Assembly (NCBI GenBank): GCA_951406725.2
Contig: OX597818.1
Coordinates: 43,152,001-43,216,000, forward strand
Reading direction: 5' to 3'
Source of the DNA: Octopus vulgaris
Taxonomy: Eukaryota
Length of the DNA stretch: 64,000 nucleotides
Every line of letters starts with the position of its first letter. Positions within the stretch are counted from its first letter, which is position 1. Shown one piece after another: positions 55,244 through 64,000 of this stretch. A program made the position numbers and the translations under genes. Under the pieces are notes generated by a model, which searched no databases, had not been told where the DNA came from, and saw nothing but the letters and a program-made list of their open reading frames with translations.

Positions 55244-55366
55244 TAGCTGTGTACATTAACACATTATTAATATCTTAGAAAATTGTGCTACTATCAGGGA
55301 ACAATGTCTGTATGATTATTTACATTATTTACATTTGATGGATATTTGTCCTCATCGTTTGTTATT

Positions 55367-55412
55367 AACACAACGTTTTGGCTGATATACCCTCCAGCCT
55401 TCATCAGGTGTC
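55367..55412 (-). ncRNA. Minimal hammerhead motif (GAAA mutated to AAAA)
   Basis: GACAC CUGAUGA A GGCUG GAGGGUAUAU CAGCC AAAA CGUU GUGUU; stem I GACAC/GUGUU, stem II GGCUG/CAGCC. Confidence 0.6.
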
Positions 55413-55509
55413 TTGGGGAAATTTCGAACCTGGGTTCTCATTCCTAAAGTATTTTTCATTGTCGGTGGCGGCGTTGCTGCCGCTGCTGCTATTGCTGTTG
55501 TTACTACTC

Positions 55510-55583
55510 AGGTCACTGCCTGGAATCGAACTCGGAATCTTGGGGTTAGTAGTCCGTGCTCTTAACCACTAGGCCATATGCCC
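55510..55583 (-). promoter_or_regulatory. tRNA-derived Pol III promoter (A/B boxes), tRNA-Ser(GCT)-like; not a functional tRNA
   Basis: GGGCATA TGGCCTAGTGG TTAAG AGCACGGA CTACTAA CCCCAAGATTCC GAGTTCGATTCC; acceptor and anticodon stems do not pair well. Confidence 0.75.
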
Positions 55584-55616
55584 GTGAGTTCAAACCCAGG
55601 TTCGAAATTTCCCCAA

Positions 55617-55659
55617 GACACCTGATGAAGGCTGGAGGGTATATCAGCCGAAACGTGTT
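55617..55659 (+). ncRNA. Minimal hammerhead motif (core intact, 2-nt deletion near the cleavage site)
   Basis: GACAC CTGATGA(55622-28) A GGCTG GAGGGTATAT CAGCC GAAA(55650-53) CGTGTT. Confidence 0.65.
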
Positions 55660-55736
55660 AACAGCAAACGAGATGAGGACAAATATCCGTCAAATGTAAA
55701 TAATGTGTATAATTCCTCACCTCTTAAATATAAAAC

Positions 55737-56590
55737 AAATTGTTTGATGCCTGTGTACAAACAACTATGCTATATGGTAGTAAGACATGGGCTGTGACTA
55801 AAGAGAACATGCAAAGGCTTGAAAGAAATGAAACCATTATGTTCCACTGGATGGGTAATGTTAGTGTGCATGTACAACAGAGTGTTAATGATTTAAGAAA
55901 AAAACTGGGTATTAGAGGCATCAGATGACTGTGGTGGTATGGTCATGTGATGCATACAGATGAGGACAATTGCATAAAGAAGTACCAATCTCTAATTGCG
56001 AAGGGAACATGTGGAAGGGTTAGACCCAGGAAGAAGTGATGAAAAAGGATCTTCAGACATTGGGCCTCACTGAGGAGAAGGCTAGAGGGCAAGACTTCTA
56101 GTGATTTGCTATTGATGAGAAGACATGTCAAGATAGATAAAATCATGGCCATCTATTCATACAGGAATGTGACTCTCTCAGCCAAGAAGTTCTTGCCTTG
56201 TTGGCTTACAGATGCTGGTTCTGCATAATAAGCACCTGTGCTGGCACCATGTAAAACGTACTCATGTTTGTGCCACATAAAAAACACCCATACCAGTATC
56301 TTGTAGAAAAGTACCCATTCAGGACCATATATAAAAGGACATGTTTGGTGCCAGTTAAAGAGCACCCTTAAGCACCTGTGTCAGTGTCATGCATAAAGCT
56401 CCCGGTACACTCTGTAAAGTGGTTGGCATTAGGAAGGGCATCAAGCCATAGAAACCATGCCAAAACAGATGGTTGAAGCCTGGGCAGCCCTCCAGGTGGC
56501 TAGCTCTTGTCAAACTGTTCAACCCATGTCAGGGTGGGAAATGGACATTAAATGATGATGATGATGATGATGATAACGATGATGGTTGTG
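55737..56590 (+). mobile_element. 5'-truncated RTE LINE with family D 3' UTR
   Basis: LFDACVQTTMLYGSKTWAVTKENMQRLERNETIMFHWM...LRKKLGIRGI, then LWWYGHVMHTDEDNCIKKY...GTCGRVRPRKK, followed by subrepeats and (GAT)n. Confidence 0.88.
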
Positions 56591-57470
56591 ATGGTGGTGG
56601 TGGTGGTGGTGGTGGTGGTGGTGGTAATGGTGATGATATATGCATGCATATATATTTTGTTGTTGACAAAGGCGATTATATTGCTGTTTATTCTTTTTCC
56701 ATGAATATCTTTGTTTTCCTATTTCGTGTTCTTCTAATTTTTTTTTTTCTCTCTCAATAAAGTCTACCAGATTATATAAATTCTATTGAAGACAACACAA
56801 ACTATTAAGACTTTCAAAGCACGTGTAGATGAGTTAATAGCAGAATAATAATGAGGATGATTTTTTTTTTAATAGATTTCCATGCGGAATGCTGCATCAT
56901 TAGATCAAAACTCTTCTGTAGCATCCTGCCATTGCTGCATTGCACCCCATTGCTTAAAGAGATAAGAAAGCACCCTGCTTTTTTTTTTTTTTTTTTGCTT
57001 TTTTTCCTCTCCTTTTTTTCTACCTCTGTCTTTTAATAACTTTTTCACTGTTAATCTCTGCTGCTTTGATATCAGACGTCTTCAACAGCCATGACAGGAA
57101 ATTAGGTTATTCTTTCACAGCTTGCATTATTTAACTTTGCCCAGATGCAGAGCCTTTTAAATTGATTGTTTCACTTGAAGGAATATTTTAACCATCTTTT
57201 TTTTTTTTTTCATTTTCTGAAAGGATTTTTTTTTTTTTTTACACAATTGGAAAAGTCAGAAACATAAGAATTCTGTACATGTCATTGTTTCCTTGCTAGA
57301 CTATTAGACTATTTGACTACATAGTTTTATTCTAATATCATGTAATTTTCCTCATCATCAGATTTTAAAATCTGACATTGACAGGATTTGTTTGCTCAAC
57401 TGTATCAATTTTTTCTCCCCTTCTTCTTCTTCTTCTTCTTCTTCTTCTATATAATCAATTTAATTCATTT

Positions 57471-58032
57471 AGCCATATTCTTATCGCTCTATGTCACACT
57501 GCTGAGACCCATATTGGAGTAAGAGATTCAAGCCACTTCTCCTTATCTCCTCAAAGACATACATCATCTCGAAAGAGTCCAGAAGCTGGCTACCCGCATG
57601 GTTCTTGGTCTCAAGCATTTGTCTTATGAAGAAAGGCTGAGGACGCTCGACCTTTATTCTCTCGAAAAACGCCACTGCTGTGGTGATCTCATTCTCGCTC
57701 ACAACATCATAAGCGGAAAGTGTAACCTCTTGAAAGAGCTGTTCTTCACTCCTGCTCCAGAGCGTGGGCTGCGGGGTCACTCCGAAAAGCTCTATCTACG
57801 ACGATTTCATCTCAATTGAAGGAGAGGGTCTTTCTCCGTCCAGGTTGTGGATCCGTGGAATAAGCTGCCGAACAAGATAGTGAAGATGCCGACGACCGCT
57901 CAGTTCAAAGTCTCTCTTGACCAGAAATGGCCTGAATTCGTTGTATGACCACCCTCTCTGTACATAACTCCCTGTCCCCCTACATGGCCTTGCTTTTGCT
58001 TTTTGAGCCAATAACAATTGAATTGAATTGAA
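57471..58032 (+). mobile_element. Shorter, more diverged copy of the 45044-47192 LINE with an (AATTG)n tail
   Basis: Aligns to 46615-47153; in-frame stops present; tail caattgaattgaattg then poly-A. Confidence 0.93.
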
Positions 58033-60419
58033 AAAAAAAAAAGCTCAGGCCTTACTGCATTATCCAGGTTTTCTTTGATTTGCCTCAATTTTAGTCACTG
58101 CCAAATACAAGACACTATTCTTTACTAACCCATTTTTCATAATTCCCACAGTATACAACCTGTGATGCCTAAAGTTCTTAAGCATTCAGTACATCTACGT
58201 TCAATGTATCCCTTGGGCTACATTTAATATCAAGTAAATAATATTAATTTCATTATTTTTGCCAGGCATTGCATGCTTCACTTTTAATTACTTTCAACTC
58301 AAAATTGTCGCTGTATAGATTGCTATATCTAACAGAATCTAATCATCATCATCATTTTCATCATTTTTATGTCCATTTTTCATGCTAGCAAGGGTTGGAG
58401 GTGGGAGCGGGTATCATTATAGTCTATGTGAGTTTCTGTTTGGTGCTACTGCTTTCCTAGTATGGTTGAAGGACTATGTCTGTCTTGTACATACCAGGCT
58501 TCCTTTTAGATATAATAGGTACATTAACTTTTGTGTTAATCATATTCATCATTTCACAAATATTCGATATTATAGGTTATGCAACATTTGTTCACCATGT
58601 CATTTCAGTGCTAACGTGCTTTGCATCATTAGATGCCTATTGTGTGAGCATGTGTGTGTTTCTTTCATAGGATTTAGTCTATATCATCATACCATCCATT
58701 CTTATACTATTTACTACCAAATAAGACTCTTTTACATTTGATCTTCCCTTTATTGGGTTGAGCATTCTCAAATATCTACGCTATGTGCCTCCTTTGCTCT
58801 CCCTCCTGTCCCCATAAATGCTGTCTGATATAGTTTTAGTTTTCTGCTGATGAAGCAATTGCCAGATACAAATATATATTTATAGTAGCACTGGTTTATG
58901 ATGACTACAGTAAATTAGAGAAAATTAAATTTATCAATTAATCAAAAGAAACAAAATTAGTGACTAAATTACAAAATAAAGTAAAAATTGAATCTCTATT
59001 TACATATTAAAGCTGGGCTTGCCCTAACATTTTCATACAATATCTAAAATTAATCAGCGTGTTAGTTTTTGTTTCTGTATTCCATGAATTTAGCTTGCAG
59101 GAATTATCAGGTTTGCTGAATCAGATATGCATTGTACAAGGAATAGCTTCACTTCAGCTAACAATGCAACACAGTTAATCAAACCAACAAAGTTGTTTCA
59201 GGGTTGAATACCAGCGCTGGCTTCATGACAAACATGTATTGCATGCAGAAAGAAAATATTGAAAGCAGTTCAGGAAAGTCGTGAATAAGTGTTTGTTTTT
59301 GTCTTTCTTTCTTTAGTGTTGTAGCTCCCTACACAGTAACCCCCTTTTCTATCACCCCCACCCTCCCACTAGCAACTAAGAACCTTCCAAGCATTTATGC
59401 ATGTGTATCAGTATTTGACATTAAAATATGTCATGAACAGCCACGAGCAACGAAATGAAAAATATGGCAAGTGACATAGTCAGATCGAAATACATAGCTA
59501 CCATTAACTAGATCTCTTGTCTTCCAATGGTTTTTTTTACATCATTCTTCATGTATATTTTTGTGTGTGTATGTGTGTAGGAGAGAGAGAGAGAGAATCT
59601 TTCAATACATTTCTGAAAATAAAATCTTTCTAAAAATTACCCATTAATAAGGAGGTCCTCAACCTATGACTCATGTGTGGAATATCTGTGCAGTTTTGTT
59701 AATTTTTTTTTTTTTTTTTTTTCATATTCAAAACCATATAAATCTAATTATAACTCTTAAATTACTTTTGCTGTTGCCTTCAATCACACCATTAATATGG
59801 TGCTGATTATACTTAAAAGATTCACGATACCATTCGTTCAAATAAATAAAAAAATAAAATGTTTTGGTTACTCTCTTAGAACTATTTTTCTAAAATGGTT
59901 ATGCCATTCAGCAGTTTCCTAGTTTAAAATAAACTTTGCAGACCTTATATTTTATTTTAATCTCCATGTAAAAGTTTGAGCCACTGCTTAATAATTTTTA
60001 GCACTAACACATGCATAAACTGCGCATGTGTTGCCTGTGTTTTGATTCTGATTGGACAAGACCAAAGAATGGTTTATTTAACATTTGAGAGTAATCATTA
60101 TATGACCAAATTCAAACAGATTCTTTTCAAAGGAGTCTATTAATAATTATAGCCATCAGGGTATCATATTTTAATGTAAAAACATTGTGATAAAGGCAAA
60201 TTTACTTCAGTTTTCATCCTGAGATAACATCTCATATAGACATACTGTATTTAGAAACACGAATAAATCAGAAACAGATGAAAATTGTCCAACAGTGATG
60301 GGGAAAATGCCAGATGTGCATTTTTGCCTTATTGGGCTTTGTCAGTAGCATGTAATCACTGCCAACTGCTTGCTATGACAAAATCCATTGCCTCTGATAT
60401 TGGAAAACAGACTGAACAA

Positions 60420-60540
60420 TAACTCTGCCAGATCAAGATTGGAGCCTGGTGCAGCCACCTGGTTCGCCTGTCCTCAGTCAAATCGTCCAACCCATGCTAG
60501 CATGGAAAGCGGATGTTAAATGATGATGATGATGATGATG
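60420..60540 (+). mobile_element. Family D 3' fragment
   Basis: aactctgccagatc...ccatgctagcatggaaagcggatgttaaa(tga)n. Confidence 0.85.
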
Positions 60541-60860
60541 AATTACTTTCAGTTTGTAAGTTGAACAATTTGACTTTACTTTAAAGAGTTTTTTTTTTTC
60601 TTAAGTCAGGAGAGAACACCTGTGACCCCCTTGATTTTTTTCATAGCCTCCCACAAATGCTGGAGACTATGACAGAATGCTCACTAGAGATCAAGCCCAA
60701 ATGCTTGCAACAGAGTAGACTCTCTGCTAAAGGCACCCAAAAGCCAGGTAGAGCTTCAGTATACAAAAAGAGCTGGAAAGAACACCTCAATGGACACTTA
60801 CACAGTCTCTGTCTACAAAATTTCTCTCAGGCAGTTTGGTATTACAGACATGTGGTGAGA

Positions 60861-61068
60861 ATCATCATCATCGTTCAGCGTTCGCTTTCCATGCTAGCAT
60901 GGGTTGGATGGTTCAACTGGGGTCTGGGAAGCCAGAAGGCTGCACCAGGCCCAGTCTGATCTGGCAATGTTTCTATGGCTTGATGCTCTTCCTAACGCCA
61001 ACCACTCCGTGAGTGTAGTGGGTGCTTTTTACGTACCACGGGCACAGGTACCAGACGAGGCTGGCAAT
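60861..61068 (-). mobile_element. Family D 3' fragment, inverted relative to 60420-60540
   Basis: Reverse complement of the family D body with (CAT)n at left. Confidence 0.85.
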
Positions 61069-61478
61069 GTTTGAGGAAAACGTCATGGGACAGATTTTAT
61101 CAGGCAAGGTCAACTGGCAGCTGACCTGGGGGTAGACCACAAGAAATTTGGTTTGATAATATCCATTGCTTCTATTGGTCTTGCTTGGGCTTGGAGGGAG
61201 GGGCAACCAAAATAATTGTTGACAGTTCTACTAGGATCCTTTAGAGGGTATATCTGAGAACTCTGTCCCATGACTCTCATAGGAGTGGTGGGTTATGAAG
61301 ATGGATAGAAGGATGAATGGTTTCGGTTTACCTGTAGCTATGGTGGAAGACACTTTTCTCAAGGTGTTTCATAGTAGGATTGAACCTGATCCACATAACT
61401 GCAAAATACATTTCTGAACAACACAGCCATCCCTGCTCTATAGAACATAGAATATATGAAAACTGACTCAAAATAAGT

Positions 61479-61704
61479 TTAACCCTTTAGCATTTAAACC
61501 AGTCATAACCAGCGAAAATAGTCTACCTGTTTTATCTTCAAACCAGTCAGATCTGGCCTTTCATACATACCCTACATTGTCATTTTAAAAATAAACAATC
61601 ACATCATCGAAATCTCAAAGCTATGAAATATTGCATGACTAGTTTAAAATGATGTGAATATATAAGCATGACATTTGACAGAGTAAACTGATATTAAAGG
61701 GTTA
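61479..61704. mobile_element. piggyBac-type MITE, second family
   Basis: TTAA-CCCTTTAGCAT ... ATATTAAAGGG-TTA termini. Confidence 0.7.
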
Positions 61705-61985
61705 TAGATTACCAGATGACCCAGTGCTTTTTATTATATCACTGTACAGGGTGGTGAATTGGCAGAATTGTTAGAGTGTCAGATAAAATGATTTTTGGTA
61801 TTTATGTTTTGGGTTCAAATCTCACTAAAGTCAACTTTGCTCTGCGTCCCTCCAGACTGATAAAATAAAGTACCAGTCAAGTACTGGGATCAATTCGATT
61901 GACTAACTCTCCCAAATTTATGCCCTTATTTCATTACACAAACTTTGACATCAGTTATTGATTTCCTACATATATACATATACAC

Positions 61986-62143
61986 AGGAGTGGCTGTGTG
62001 GTAAGCAGCTTGCTTACCAACCACATGGTTCCGGGTTCAGTCCCACTGCGTGGCATCTTGGGCAAGTGTCTTCTGCTATAGCCCCGGGCCGACCAATGCC
62101 TTGTGAGTGGATTTGGTAGATGGAAACTGAAAGAAGCCCGTCG

Positions 62144-62178
<35 letters not shown>

Positions 62179-62382
62179 GTCTGTGTTTGTCCCCCTAGCA
62201 TTGCTTGACAACTGATGCTGGTGTGTTTATGTCCCCGTCACTTAGCGGTTCGGCAAAAAGAGACCGATAGAATAAGTACTGGGCTTACAAAGAAGTCCCG
62301 GGGTCGATCTGCTTGATTAAAGGCGGTGCTCCAGCATGGCCGCAGTCAAATGACTGAAACAAGTAAAAAAGAAAAGAAAAGA
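61986..62382 (+). mobile_element. Full-length SINE family A
   Basis: A/B-box head, CORE-like motif, internal (TA)n and (GAAAA)n tail. Confidence 0.9.
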
Positions 62383-63409
62383 ATACGCAGCCTCAGTCTT
62401 AGAGGAGAAGGAAAATAAGATTCTGTGACATTCATGTCTTTTTCAAAAACATTAGTGTAAGCAGAGAGATATGACTATGGCCAGTAATCAGAACTGGCAT
62501 ATAGATTCGGCTTGCTTCAATTCTATATAGTGTTCACCTTTTGACATCAAATAGTGAATTAATATCCTCCACTTAGACAGCTTCATTGTTCGGTTCATTT
62601 TATTTCTTTTATTTTCGTATGGCATATTTTTTCCTCTTTTTTTTAATCTTATGCAAATAGTTCTATGTCTATATATTTCATTAGTTATAACTATACATAT
62701 TTTTTCTCTTTATAAACCATGTGTACTTTAGCTGTAGTCTCCCCCAACCCTCACTGTTTTATTAAAGTTTTCAAGAGAGATTGAATAAGCCAACAAATTA
62801 AGCAGTTGAAGTCAAATACTCGCCCCAAGGGATAATATTTTCCTTAGCTAATCTTGTGTACAGTTGCCACACATTGACAGTTTATCAATAAAACAGACTG
62901 ATTGAGAAGCTGCTTGCCGTATAGAGAAAAGCTGGAGAAGTGTGGCTATAACTGAGTTAATCACTTACTCCTACGAAATATTTTATCAAGTTTTCCATTG
63001 CTGGCATGAAGTAATCATTTTCCCGTTCAAGCACTAGACGTCTTTGATGTGTCAAAGTAAGAATTTTATTTCATGAAGTTCTCTATATAAAAGTCTTACC
63101 AAAATTAAACGGATGAAATGTACTTTTCAATTAAAAAGGTTTCTTCTACTTGAGTGTTTTATTACCAAAGCTGTTCATGGTTTCGGAAAATTTGAAAAGT
63201 GCCGCAACCACCACCGCCACCACCACCACCACCATTATCACCATCATCGTTTAACATCCAATTTTCAGTGCTGGCATGTCTCACAACATCTTACAACTTG
63301 TCAACAGTCTTTTATCATCTACCAAGCACAGACGCAAAGAAATCACCAACATTTGTTTTTGCACATGTCACAATTTTTTTTTTTTGTGGGTGCTTGAGAT
63401 CCTGAAACC

Positions 63410-63645
63410 AAGATGCCACATAAAAAAGCATTAGCAATGGCATTGGTGCTACATAAAAACCACCCAGTACACTCTATAGAGTGGCTGGTGTTAAGAAGGG
63501 TATCCAACTATAGAAACCATGTCAGAGCAGGCAATGGGACCTGGTGCAGCTCTTGGCCTGGCCGGTCCCTGTCAACCCATCCAACCCATACCAGCATGGA
63601 AAACAGACATTAAATGTTGATGCTGCTGATGATTATGATGATGCA
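63410..63645 (+). mobile_element. Diverged family D repeat
   Basis: cacccagtacactct...ggtgttaagaagggtatccaactatagaaacc...ccaacccataccagcatggaaaacagacattaaa. Confidence 0.75.
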
Positions 63646-63795
63646 TACATGGTTGGGTACCTTCCTATCACCAACCATTTAACAGCATGGATTAGTTTAT
63701 CAGACTAAGAACTTTAGAGCAGTTGCCTGTGACAAGACTAAATAGTTATATATATATACATATATGTGGAAACTGAAAGAAGCCTGTCGTATTTA

Positions 63796-63844
<49 letters not shown>

Positions 63845-63845
<1 letters not shown>

Positions 63846-64000
63846 TACGACAGGCTTCTTTCAGTTTCCGTCTATCAAATCCACCCACAAGGCATTGGTC
63901 GGCCTGAGGCTATAGCAAAAGACACTTGCCCAAGATGCCACACAGTGGGACTGAACCTGGAACCATGTGGTTGGTAAGCAAGCTACTTACCACACAGTCA
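63845..64000 (-). mobile_element. SINE family A 5' half
   Basis: Matches 4066-4222. Confidence 0.9.

Larger units (their letters stand above)
55322..55706 (-). mobile_element. Composite element: tRNA-derived head flanked by ~115-bp inverted repeats carrying minimal hammerhead motifs (Penelope-like pLTR architecture)
   Basis: Arms 55322-55436 and 55593-55706 are reverse complements with few mismatches; tRNA-like segment at 55510-55583 (-). Confidence 0.8.

Noticed and set aside
55510-55583. Functional tRNA gene
   Set aside because: A/B boxes are present but the acceptor, anticodon and T stems do not pair; it is a SINE-type head. The same applies to the other SINE heads.
56860-56980. Acceptor-like tttttaatag followed by a Cys-rich short frame
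   Set aside because: No donor and no recognisable protein; common by chance in T-rich DNA.
58840-58890. CTGATGA followed by CAAATATATATTT as a hammerhead
   Set aside because: No GAAA and no convincing stem I or II.

Overview
AT-rich, repeat-saturated eukaryotic (metazoan) genomic DNA. The SINE/RTE/CR1 landscape and the very long (TA)n/(CA)n microsatellites suggest a coleoid cephalopod (octopus-like); this is inference. No host protein-coding gene can be recognised, so the window looks intronic or intergenic, and nearly all ORFs in the track are microsatellite or SINE artefacts. Identifiable coding remnants all come from transposons: a young 5'-truncated CR1/L2-group LINE reverse transcriptase (45044-47192, one premature stop) nested in an older antisense RTE LINE, further CR1 and RTE fragments, a mariner remnant and a pogo/Tigger remnant. 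There are also several tRNA-derived SINE families, piggyBac- and hAT-type MITEs and Helitron-like ends. The most interesting signal is a set of hammerhead-ribozyme motifs in non-coding repeats. One is a composite element with a tRNA-derived Pol III head flanked by ~115-bp inverted repeats that each carry a minimal Penelope-type hammerhead (55322-55706). The others are an unrelated near-canonical type I hammerhead (5621-5680, minus strand) and two degenerate ones.
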